From IMG/VR virus record IMGVR_UViG_3300023179_007765, positions 1 through 59,062 of that record: a stretch of 59,062 bases of DNA; one strand, written 5' to 3'. The translations under genes were made by a program, and so were the position numbers. The notes under the pieces were generated by a model that did not search any database, had not been told where the DNA came from, and saw only the letters and a program-made list of their open reading frames with translations. This DNA comes from a virus (lineage: Duplodnaviria > Caudoviricetes). Below, piece by piece: positions 36,870 through 45,481 of the stretch; position 1 is the first letter of the stretch, and each line of letters opens with the position of its first letter.

Positions 36870-39800
36870 ATGATCGAGCGTTACTACAACCTGTTTGACC
36901 CGGCCAAGCACTACACCCAGCTCTTGTTCCGTGCCGGCGATGGCCTGCAGTCCCGAGAGCTCAACGAGATCCAGACGACCCTGATCCACCGCCTGCAGGG
37001 TGTGGCCGATGCCTTGCTCAAGGACGGCGACATCGTCAGCGGCGCCAATCTGCAGATCGATGCCGAGACCGGTTTGGTCACACTTGAGGCCGGTCGCGTC
37101 TATCTGCGTGGCGCGGTGCGCGAAGTGCCGGCGGCTACCTTCACCGTACCGGTCGATGGCCGCGTGGCCGTGGGTGTGCGCTTCACCACCCGCACTGTCA
37201 CCGAACTCGAAGATCCCAACCTGCGCGAACCCGCCGTCGGCGTGCGCAACTACCAGGAGCCGGGTGCCGGGCGTCTGCAAGAGACCCTCGCTTGGGGCTG
37301 GGAAGGTGCGGGCACCAGTGACGGTCAGCCCGGAGATTTCCACGCCGTCTACGCGCTGGACAACGGCATCCTCGAGAACCGCCGCCAGCCGCCCGTGCTC
37401 GATGGCGTGATTGCCAGCTTGGCGCGCTACGACTATGACGCCAACGGCCACTACGTGACCGAAGGGCTGGGGGTGCGTTTCCTCTCCCAGGATAGCGACA
37501 GCCAGGAGCACCTCTTTTCGGTGGCGGAGGGCCGCGCCAACATCGATGGTTTCAAGGTCGAGCGCAGCCAGTCGCAACGGTTGCGTCTGCCCATCGATCC
37601 CGATCTGCAGCGCGTGTCGTCGGAACCGCAGGTGTTCAACGATTCGGGCAATGGCTCGATGGTCGTCACGATCAACCGCCCGCCGCTCGCGCAGGTGCTC
37701 GACATCAAGGTCACGCAGCAGAAGACCGAGACGGTGGTCCATGGCGCCTTCACTGGCAGCCGCGATGTCTTGACCGAACCGACAGTGGTGGCCGTGCTCA
37801 CTATCCAGCAAGGTGCCACCACCTACTCCCAAGGCACCGACTACAAGGTCGTCGGGGATGAGATCGACTGGTCACCCGGTGGCGCGGAACCTGCCCCGGG
37901 ATCGAGCTACCTGGTCACCTATCAGTACATCGCCAGCATCACGCCGACCGATTTGACCGACAGCGGCTTCAAGGTGAGCGGGGTGGTGCAGGGCTCCACG
38001 ATGTACATCGACTACCAGTGGAAGCTGCCGCGCGTCGATGTGCTGGCACTCACCGCTGATGGCCAGGTCGAGCGCATCAAGGGCATCAGCCAGGTACGCA
38101 ATCCCGTCGCCCCCACGGTACCGGCCTCGCGTCTGGCGCTGGCCGAGATTGCCTACGACTGGCGCAGCGGTTCGGAACCCGCTGTGCGCAATGTGGCGAT
38201 CCGCACCATCAAGGTCTCGGAACTCACCGCGATGCAGCGCCAGATCGCCGACCTCTACGACCTGATGGCCTTGGAGCGCCTGCGCGTGGATGCCAACATC
38301 CGCGAGCCGGCCGCCAAGAAGGGCCTCTTCGTCGACAACTTTCTGGATGACGACCTGCGCGATCAGGGTGCAGCGCAGACCGGCGCCATTGTGGCCGGGG
38401 TGCTGACGCTGCCAATCACGGCATCTGCCCAGCACGCCAAGGACAACGGCAATGCACTGCTGACCCTGGACTACACCCTGACCCCGGTGATCGAGCAACT
38501 GTCCCGCACCGGATCGATGAAGATCAATCCGTATCAGGCCTTCGAGCCGGTACCGGCCCGGGTCACGCTCAATCCCGCTGTGGACCAGTTCACGGTGACC
38601 AACACCACCTGGGCGTCGGATGTCACTGAGCGTCTGATCACCGGCAGCGGTGTGCTCGAACAGGTGGTCGAGACCCGACGCTCGGAGCAGGTGCTGGCAT
38701 CTTCTTCGGAGGAGGCCCAGTTCTTGCGCAGCCTCAACGTCGCCTATCGGGTGGAGGGGTTTGGCCCGAGTGAAGCGTTGGCCTCTTTGCGTTTCGACGG
38801 CATCGGGATCAGCCAGCCAGCCGGCACAGCAGCCAATGCCTCGGGCCTGCTCACAGGCAGCTTCCAGATCCCGCAGGCCATCCCCGCTGGTGCCAAGCTG
38901 GTGGAATTCCTGGGTGCCGGCGGCAGCTACGGCTCGGCGACTTATGTCGGGCGAGGCCAGATCGTTACCGAAACGCGCCGACGCATTCTGACCACGGTGG
39001 TGCGCCGTTGGGACCCGCTGGCGCAGACCTTCACGCTGCCCGAGCGCCGCATCATCGGTGGCTTGGAGTTGTGGTTCACCACCAAGGGTGGCTCTGCTCC
39101 AGTGATCGTGCAGATCCGTGAAACGCAGGTCGGCATCCCGACCACCACGGTGCTGACGGAAGGTCGCCTGGCGGCTGCGGACATCAAGACCGATGGCAAC
39201 CCGACCCGGATCACGCTCGACCCGGTGGCACTCGAGGCCAACCGCGAGTACGCCATCGTGGTGCTCACCGACGATGCGAACCACGCCGTGTCGGTCGCGG
39301 AACTCGGCAAGTACGATCCGCGCACCGGTTGGGTGACGGCTCAGCCTTACCAGATCGGGGTGCTGCTCTCGTCCTCCAACGGCATCACTTGGACGCCGCA
39401 CCAGACGCAGGACCTGACGTTTCGGCTGCTGGGCTGCCGGTTTTCGCAGACGAGCAAGACGGTCTCGCTGGGCCAGTACACCGTGACCAACCTGTCGGAC
39501 GTGATGGCACTTGCGGGTGTCGAGCGCCCGGCCGCCGGCACCGATGTCCAGTTTCTGGCGACCGACGCCCAGGGGCGGATCTACACCTTGTCGGAAGACC
39601 AGGGGTTGGCCTTGGGCGAGAAGCTCTCGGGCAACCTGGCCGTTTCGGCCAAGCTCACGGGAACGGAAGCGGCCAGTCCGATCCTCTACCCGGGCACGCA
39701 GCTGGTGTTCGGCACGCTGGAGGCCGCTGGCGACTACCTGTCGCGTGCGATTCCGGCCGCCGCCACCTTCAACGTGGCAGTGACCTTCGATGCCCTGACA

Positions 39801-40031
39801 CCAGGGACCTCGAGTGTCTCGGTGCAGGCGGAGTCCGGCACGTCGGGCAGTTTCCAGGCGCTGTCCTTGTCTTCAGGCGTGGAGGTCGGCAACGGCTGGG
39901 TGGAGCGTACCTACAAGGCCACGAGCCTCGTCGGCGTCGGTGCCGACCGCACCACGCGCGTGAAGCTGGCGTTGTCCGGCTCACCGCAGCACCGGCCCTT
40001 CGTGCGCAACCTGCGCGTCATCGTCACCTGA
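36870..40031 (+). CDS. Large virion structural protein (DUF4815-like)
   Basis: LQSRELNEIQ, KKGLFVDNF, WDPLAQTF. Confidence 0.8.
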   Translation: MIERYYNLFDPAKHYTQLLFRAGDGLQSRELNEIQTTLIHRLQGVADALLKDGDIVSGANLQIDAETGLVTLEAGRVYLRGAVREVPAATFTVPVDGRVAVGVRFTTRTVTELEDPNLREPAVGVRNYQEPGAGRLQETLAWGWEGAGTSDGQPGDFHAVYALDNGILENRRQPPVLDGVIASLARYDYDANGHYVTEGLGVRFLSQDSDSQEHLFSVAEGRANIDGFKVERSQSQRLRLPIDPDLQRVSSEPQVFNDSGNGSMVVTINRPPLAQVLDIKVTQQKTETVVHGAFTGSRDVLTEPTVVAVLTIQQGATTYSQGTDYKVVGDEIDWSPGGAEPAPGSSYLVTYQYIASITPTDLTDSGFKVSGVVQGSTMYIDYQWKLPRVDVLALTADGQVERIKGISQVRNPVAPTVPASRLALAEIAYDWRSGSEPAVRNVAIRTIKVSELTAMQRQIADLYDLMALERLRVDANIREPAAKKGLFVDNFLDDDLRDQGAAQTGAIVAGVLTLPITASAQHAKDNGNALLTLDYTLTPVIEQLSRTGSMKINPYQAFEPVPARVTLNPAVDQFTVTNTTWASDVTERLITGSGVLEQVVETRRSEQVLASSSEEAQFLRSLNVAYRVEGFGPSEALASLRFDGIGISQPAGTAANASGLLTGSFQIPQAIPAGAKLVEFLGAGGSYGSATYVGRGQIVTETRRRILTTVVRRWDPLAQTFTLPERRIIGGLELWFTTKGGSAPVIVQIRETQVGIPTTTVLTEGRLAAADIKTDGNPTRITLDPVALEANREYAIVVLTDDANHAVSVAELGKYDPRTGWVTAQPYQIGVLLSSSNGITWTPHQTQDLTFRLLGCRFSQTSKTVSLGQYTVTNLSDVMALAGVERPAAGTDVQFLATDAQGRIYTLSEDQGLALGEKLSGNLAVSAKLTGTEAASPILYPGTQLVFGTLEAAGDYLSRAIPAAATFNVAVTFDALTPGTSSVSVQAESGTSGSFQALSLSSGVEVGNGWVERTYKATSLVGVGADRTTRVKLALSGSPQHRPFVRNLRVIVT

Positions 40032-40043
40032 TGGGAGTGAGCG

Positions 40044-40250
40044 ATGACCCAGGAGCGCACGCCGCGCGGCTATCCGCTGCCGCATCCCGAGCACCTGCTG
40101 TCTGAAGACGTTCTGAACCTGCGTGAGGCCCTCACCCGCATCGATGCGGATGTGGCCGTGCAGGAGGCGTCCACCCAGCAGGGGCAAGACCAACTCACCG
40201 AACGGCTGCACCGCCAGCACCTGCGGGTGTTTCACCAGTTCGGCTTTTAA
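40044..40250 (+). CDS. Small tail-fibre-associated protein
   Basis: TPRGYPLP...LREALTRID. Confidence 0.6.
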   Translation: MTQERTPRGYPLPHPEHLLSEDVLNLREALTRIDADVAVQEASTQQGQDQLTERLHRQHLRVFHQFGF

Positions 40251-40262
40251 GGAGTACACCCC

Positions 40263-40823
40263 ATGGCCAAAGACCCCTTGCTGCGCGATGCGGTGCGCGC
40301 GATCAAAGCCAAGATCGAAACCGCTGCCGAGATCGCCACACCCGAAGAACTCGCGTACCTCGGCACTGCCATTGACCGCATTGGTGGTCGAGCCACCGTC
40401 CTCGAGGTCGAGGAGATGGGCGACATCAAGATGGCGGAGATGTCGGCGCACGCCAACGAAGTGGAGACAGCGACGCTCGACACCATTGCCACGGCCGCTG
40501 ACGTGGCCATTGCCAACGTCACGGCGACCAAGACAGCGGCCGAGACCGCGATCACCGCCACCAAGACGGCAGCGGAATCCTCGGTCACCCAGACCAAGAA
40601 CGCGGCCTTGGCCGTGATGGCACAGACCGAGACCAGCACGGTGGCGACCGTCAATGCAGCCGCCCAGACCGCCATCCAGCAAGCCGCCAGTAGCCGCGAC
40701 CAGGCAATTGCCGCGACCCAAGCTGCTACCGATGCGGCCGTGGCCACGGCGCAAGCCGCCGCCAACAGCGTCACTCAGCAACTGGTGCTGGGGCGCAAGA
40801 CCTTCTTCCTTGCCCAACTCTAA
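40263..40823 (+). CDS. Ala/Thr-rich coiled-coil fibre shaft protein
   Basis: 11-residue periodic TATKTAAE repeats. Confidence 0.65.
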   Translation: MAKDPLLRDAVRAIKAKIETAAEIATPEELAYLGTAIDRIGGRATVLEVEEMGDIKMAEMSAHANEVETATLDTIATAADVAIANVTATKTAAETAITATKTAAESSVTQTKNAALAVMAQTETSTVATVNAAAQTAIQQAASSRDQAIAATQAATDAAVATAQAAANSVTQQLVLGRKTFFLAQL

Positions 40824-40835
40824 GGAGCCCCCTCG

Positions 40836-41147
40836 ATGTCCATTCTGGGAACGGCGCTGCCAGCCGCCAATACGCTGGCGACCCTTTACGAAGTACCGAC
40901 CGGCCGTCGCGCGGTGGTCAATGTCGCTGCCTGCAACAAAGGCACGGCGGCGGCCAAGGTGCGCGTGGCGCTCACCGCATCGGCCACGCCGGCCGAGAGC
41001 GAATTCATCGAATTTGATGTGAGCCTGGCGGCGACCGAGGTGCTGGAGCGAACAGCGCTCTCGTTGGCTGCGGGGCAGAAGATCGTGGTGCAGGCCAGCG
41101 CCGCCACGGTCAGCTTCAACGCCTGGGGCATCGAGGAGGTGGCGTAA
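40836..41147 (+). CDS. Tail-fibre-associated protein
   Basis: TLYEVPTG...SFNAWGIE beta-rich small protein. Confidence 0.6.
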   Translation: MSILGTALPAANTLATLYEVPTGRRAVVNVAACNKGTAAAKVRVALTASATPAESEFIEFDVSLAATEVLERTALSLAAGQKIVVQASAATVSFNAWGIEEVA

Positions 41148-42493
41148 TGGGACGATTTTTGCGCACCCTGCCGGTCGAGACTACGCCGGCCTATGAGAAA
41201 CAGCCCCTGCCGCTGGTGGGGGTGTTCTCCTCGTACAACAACAGCCCGGATTGCAGCATCTACGACTCGGATTTCAATCTGGTCAGTCGGGCCAACCAGA
41301 CCAATGCCGGCAATGCCTGGGCGACCTCGGGCGAGATCTGGTCGGACTACACCGGCTGGAACTACACCAACGGCCAGGTCAGCTCGAGTTCGGCAGGTAC
41401 CTATTGGATCAAGGCCACGCCCTGCTACTCGGTCGATGGGCACCAGCTGCTGCGCCTGTCCGCCAATGGCGGCATGGCGATGCGCCAGCCCGATCAGATG
41501 GGCAGCTTCATGGCCAATTTCGGCGTGGTCGTGGGGCCTGAAGGCTACCGTCAGTCGATGTCGTTGTGGTTCTCCGGCACCACCTTGCGCCAGTACACGC
41601 GCGGTGGCTTTGCCCAGCTGGATCAACTCACCACCGGCCTGGCAACCGCCTCGGCCGCCACCTGGGCTGGGGCCAATACCAATATGCGCAGCGCTGTCGG
41701 CTACCACTGGGTCGCCGGCCTCTTGGTGTTGATCGAGGCGCGTGACGCCAGCTGCAACTACCGCGCCCATATCTGGAAGCACCCAACGGCCAAGCTCTCG
41801 GGCAAGCCTGGGGAACTGGATCGCTTCATTCTGGAAGCCAAGGCCGGCAGCAACGGTGCGAGCTATCAATATGTGGATTTCAGCTGGAACGCCAACGGCT
41901 CGACCAGCTACACCGAGAGCCAGTACCGGATGCGGGTGATTCCGACCAAGAGCGGCAAGATCGCCCTGGTGCGTTTTGTGCCGAGCAACTGCTCGCACAT
42001 GGCCGTGCTTACTCCGGGTGCTGGCAACACCGGCACGCTGGACACCAACTTCACGACGGTGTCTTGCACCACGTCCTACGGTATCGAGCAGGGCAGCTAC
42101 TACGGGATGCGTCACCAGATCACCTGGGACAACCAGTGGGTGGCGGCGTTCGCGCCCTATTACTACTACGGCTCAGGCATCTCGGGGCACGTGGTCAACA
42201 CCGATGACCCCACGCGCTACTACCGGCTGTCCTACAGCAGCTCCAGTTGTGGTGTGTCGATCCTCCCGATCCGGGCGAGCGCCTTTGCCTATTCCTTTCA
42301 CGAGAACAACGCCGACTCAAGCCAGGGCTTGAACGTCGGCTTGATGGATTTTGCAGGGGTGGGATTCCAGACCACGGGGGTGCTGGCCAACGGTGGCGCA
42401 GTCAGTTTGTCGACCAGCCGCTACTGGATCGATACCGGCTACACCAGCACCAATTACCCCTGCCTGATGCCCGTTGAGAACTGGAAGATCTAA
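41147..42493 (+). CDS. Putative receptor-binding / fibre tip protein
   Basis: Aromatic, Ser/Gly/Asn-rich beta protein at the end of the fibre module. Confidence 0.6.
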   Translation: MGRFLRTLPVETTPAYEKQPLPLVGVFSSYNNSPDCSIYDSDFNLVSRANQTNAGNAWATSGEIWSDYTGWNYTNGQVSSSSAGTYWIKATPCYSVDGHQLLRLSANGGMAMRQPDQMGSFMANFGVVVGPEGYRQSMSLWFSGTTLRQYTRGGFAQLDQLTTGLATASAATWAGANTNMRSAVGYHWVAGLLVLIEARDASCNYRAHIWKHPTAKLSGKPGELDRFILEAKAGSNGASYQYVDFSWNANGSTSYTESQYRMRVIPTKSGKIALVRFVPSNCSHMAVLTPGAGNTGTLDTNFTTVSCTTSYGIEQGSYYGMRHQITWDNQWVAAFAPYYYYGSGISGHVVNTDDPTRYYRLSYSSSSCGVSILPIRASAFAYSFHENNADSSQGLNVGLMDFAGVGFQTTGVLANGGAVSLSTSRYWIDTGYTSTNYPCLMPVENWKI

Positions 42494-42504
42494 AGGAGAC
42501 CGCG

Positions 42505-42957
42505 ATGCCCAAGCTCTACATTGCATTTCATGACAACGGGGTGGTGCGCGATATCGCCACCGAGGCGCTGGAGGGCTATTTACCCGCACCCAGCAAAGCC
42601 ACTTCGACACAGGCCCTGCGCTATGCCCTGCAGGACGGCAAGGCGGTTGATCGCTTCCCCGGCAAAACCGATGAGGAGGTGTTGGCCCTCATCGCTTCGG
42701 AACAAGCAGCCCAGGTCGTGGCTGCTCCATCCCAGAAGGTCATCACCAAACTGGCCTTCATGAATCGCTTCACCATGGAGGAGTTGGCCGCGATCTATAC
42801 CGCTGCCAAGACCGAGGTCATGGTCGAGGTGTTTCTCGACAAGTTGAAGATCGCTGAAGAGGTGAATCTGGCCGATGCCCAGACCATCGGTGGCCTGCAG
42901 GCGCTCGCCGCCAGCGGCCTCTTGACCGAGGCTCGGGTGCAGGAGGTGCTGCAGTGA
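42505..42957 (+). CDS. Tail fibre assembly-like protein
   Basis: ITKLAFMNRFTMEE...GLLTEARVQEVL. Confidence 0.6.
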   Translation: MPKLYIAFHDNGVVRDIATEALEGYLPAPSKATSTQALRYALQDGKAVDRFPGKTDEEVLALIASEQAAQVVAAPSQKVITKLAFMNRFTMEELAAIYTAAKTEVMVEVFLDKLKIAEEVNLADAQTIGGLQALAASGLLTEARVQEVLQ

Positions 42958-43274
42958 TGGCCGCAATCCAATATCGCCTGTCGATGCTCGGGCTGTGGGG
43001 GCTGTGCCAGATCGCGGCGGTGATCGCGTCGCTCTGGATGCTGGCCGCTGCCCTGACCGGCAGTCGCCGCGCCTGGACCCTGGCGGTGGCTCACGACCAG
43101 TTGGCCAATGCCGCTTTCGGCGGGCACGAGGACGAGACGCTCAGTTCCCGCGCCGGCAAGGCCGCGCGTGACGGCAAGCGCTGGGCCTGCGTGCTGTGTC
43201 GGCTGCTGGATCAGCTCGATCCGAACCACTGCGAGAAGGCCATCGAACCCGATGAGGGCAAGCCCATCGCTTGA
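42957..43274 (+). CDS. Phage hypothetical membrane protein
   Basis: DQLANAAFGGHEDETLSSRA...LCRLLD.LDPNHC. Confidence 0.7.
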   Translation: MAAIQYRLSMLGLWGLCQIAAVIASLWMLAAALTGSRRAWTLAVAHDQLANAAFGGHEDETLSSRAGKAARDGKRWACVLCRLLDQLDPNHCEKAIEPDEGKPIA

Positions 43275-43311
43275 GCCTGCTGCACTGCAACTACCCATTC
43301 CCCCGATTTAT

Positions 43312-43334
43312 TCCGCCAATTGGCGGATTTTTTG
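43312..43334 (+). terminator. Palindromic hairpin plus T tract before the sheath gene
   Basis: tccgccaattggcgga followed by ttttttg. Confidence 0.5.
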
Positions 43335-43350
43335 TTTCTGGAGCCCACCA

Positions 43351-44541
43351 ATGGCAGATCACTTTCTTCACGGGGTCGAGGTCGTTGAAATCGACAACGG
43401 CCCGCGTCCCATTCGTACCGTCCGATCCTCCGTGATCGGGCTTGTCGGCACCGCACCGGATGCCGATGAGCACAGCTTTCCCTTGAACACCCCGGTGCTG
43501 ATTGCCGGCTCTCGCCTGGAGGCGGCCAAGCTGGGTAGCGCCGGCACCTTGCCCATGGCCATCGATGGCATCTTCGATCAGGCAGGGGCGCTGGTGGTCG
43601 TGATCCGGGTGGCCGAAGGGGCGACGGATACCGAAACCCAGACCAACGTTCTCGGCGGTGTCGATGCGGACGGCCAGTACCTCGGCCTGCAGGCGCTCTT
43701 GGCTGCCCAGTCGGTGGCCAAAGTCACGCCACGCATCCTGATTGCCCCAGGCTTTACCCATCAGCGCCCTACAGATCCTGATGACGAGACCCGCCAGCTG
43801 GCGAACCCGGTGGTGGCGGAACTCCTGGGCATTGCCGAGCGCCTGCGTGCGGTGATCATCGCCGACGGCCCCAACACCACGGACGCCGCCGCCATCGACT
43901 ACCGCGAGGACTGGGGCAGCCCCCGCATCTACGTGGTCGATCCGCACGTCAAGGTGATGAAGAACGGGGCCGTGGTGACCGAACCTGTTTCAGCACGTGT
44001 CGCCGGCCTGATCGCCAAGATCGACAACGACCGGGGTTTCTGGTGGAGCCCGTCGAACAACGTTATCAACGGCATCGTCGGCAGCCACCGGCCGGTGGAT
44101 TTTGCGCTGGGTGATCCGAATGCCCGGGCCAACCTGCTCAACGAGAACGAGGTGGCCACCATCATCCAGGAGGATGGCTACCGCCTGTGGGGCAACCGCA
44201 CCTGTTCCTCGGACCCCAAGTGGGCTTTCCTGAGTGTCCGGCGCACCGCCGACATGATCAACGAGTCGCTGTTGCGCGCCCACCTCTGGGCCGTGGATCG
44301 CAACATCACCAAGACCTATGTCGAGGAAGTCACCGAAGGGGTCAATGCCTATCTGCGCCAGTTGAAGGCACAAGGCGCGATCCTCGGTGGCAAGTGCTGG
44401 GCCGACCCGGATCTGAACTCGCCTCAGTCGATTCAGGACGGGAAGATTTACTTCAACTTCGACTTCACCCCGCCGTATCCGGCTGAGCACATCATCTTCT
44501 GCTCGCATTTGGTCGATGACTATCTGGAGGAGATTCTGTAA
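43351..44541 (+). CDS. Tail sheath protein (P2 FI family)
   Basis: FLHGVEVVE, GFWWSPSN, RLWGNRT. Confidence 0.95.
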   Translation: MADHFLHGVEVVEIDNGPRPIRTVRSSVIGLVGTAPDADEHSFPLNTPVLIAGSRLEAAKLGSAGTLPMAIDGIFDQAGALVVVIRVAEGATDTETQTNVLGGVDADGQYLGLQALLAAQSVAKVTPRILIAPGFTHQRPTDPDDETRQLANPVVAELLGIAERLRAVIIADGPNTTDAAAIDYREDWGSPRIYVVDPHVKVMKNGAVVTEPVSARVAGLIAKIDNDRGFWWSPSNNVINGIVGSHRPVDFALGDPNARANLLNENEVATIIQEDGYRLWGNRTCSSDPKWAFLSVRRTADMINESLLRAHLWAVDRNITKTYVEEVTEGVNAYLRQLKAQGAILGGKCWADPDLNSPQSIQDGKIYFNFDFTPPYPAEHIIFCSHLVDDYLEEIL

Positions 44542-45053
44542 TGGCCATCGAACTGCCGCGTGTTCTGAAAAACATGAACCTCTTCGTCGACGGCCGGGGC
44601 TACGCCGGGCGTATCGACGAGATTCAACTCCCGAAACTCACCTTGAAGACCGAGGAGCACCGCGCCGGCGGCATGGACCTGCCGGTCGAGATCGATCTCG
44701 GTATGGAAAAGCTCGAAGCCGAGCTCACTATTGCCGACCACGACCCGGAGGTCTTCAAACTCTTTGGCCTGCTGGATAACGCCGCGACGCAAATCACCAT
44801 CCGGGGCGCCATCCAGGCGCAGGGCTCGGAAGCGAAGCCCGTCATCGTCAATCTGCGCGGCGGCTGGAAAGAGCTCGACGCCGGCACCTGGAAGCCGGGC
44901 GATAAAAGCACCCTCAAGGTCTCGGTGGCGGCCAGCTACTACAAGCTGACCATCGATGACGAAGAGTTGATCGAGATCGATGCCATCAACCTGGTCCGAA
45001 AGGTCGGCGGTACCGATCAGATGGAAGGCATTCGTGCCGCGATTGGCCTGTGA
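44541..45053 (+). CDS. Major tail tube protein (P2 FII family)
   Basis: LPRVLKNMNLFVDG...LPKLT...RAGGMD. Confidence 0.95.
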   Translation: MAIELPRVLKNMNLFVDGRGYAGRIDEIQLPKLTLKTEEHRAGGMDLPVEIDLGMEKLEAELTIADHDPEVFKLFGLLDNAATQITIRGAIQAQGSEAKPVIVNLRGGWKELDAGTWKPGDKSTLKVSVAASYYKLTIDDEELIEIDAINLVRKVGGTDQMEGIRAAIGL

Positions 45054-45080
45054 TGAATGAGAGCGATAAGGAGCACACCT

Positions 45081-45329
45081 ATGAGCACGGCTGAACGCAT
45101 CAAACTCAACTTTCCCATCGAGCACGACGGCGTCCCCATTGCCGATATTGCCCTGCGCCGTCCCACGGTGGGCGACCACCTGGCCGCGCAGAAGTCGGCC
45201 GGGACGGACGCCGAGCGCGAGATCCGCCTGATCGCCAACCTGGCTGAACTGCCACCCGCCGCGATCCATCAGCTCGATATGAAGGACTACGCCCAACTGC
45301 AGAAGGTGCTGGGCGGTTTTTTGCAGTGA
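45081..45329 (+). CDS. Tail assembly chaperone (gpE-like)
   Basis: LRRPTVGD...LDMKDY; ends GGFLQ over a T6G site. Confidence 0.85.
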   Translation: MSTAERIKLNFPIEHDGVPIADIALRRPTVGDHLAAQKSAGTDAEREIRLIANLAELPPAAIHQLDMKDYAQLQKVLGGFLQ

Positions 45330-45472
45330 ATCCGGGTGAGCTTTCCGCCCTCGTGGTGGAGCTCGCCCTCTACACCCATTGGCCTCGATCCGAGTTGCTT
45401 GCCCTGGAGGTGAGTGAGTTGGTCGAGGCCTTGTCATTGGCGCGGCGGCTGTCTGCAACGCCATCTTCCTGA
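45317..45472 (+). CDS. -1 frameshift extension of the tail chaperone (gpE'-like), absent from the ORF track
   Basis: TTTTTTG at 45317-45323; the -1 frame reads AVNPGELSALVVELALYTHWPRSELLALEVSEL...PSS* to TGA at 45470-45472. Confidence 0.8.
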   Translation, partial: FFAVNPGELSALVVELALYTHWPRSELLALEVSELVEALSLARRLSATPSS

Positions 45473-45481
45473 GGTTTCCCC

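Noticed and set aside
25931-39401. Long minus-strand ORFs (350-560 aa) across the structural genes, and 54288..55589 opposite the integrase
   Set aside because: They are stop-poor antisense frames typical of high-GC genes, and the opposite strand has clear phage motifs.
41147-42493. Diversity-generating retroelement or invertible tail-fibre switch
   Set aside because: No reverse transcriptase, template/variable repeat pair or invertase was seen.
32525-45053. PAAR, spike, baseplate, sheath and tube genes as a T6SS or tailocin
   Set aside because: They are co-linear with terminase, portal, capsid and tape measure genes, and no T6SS membrane complex or ClpV is present.
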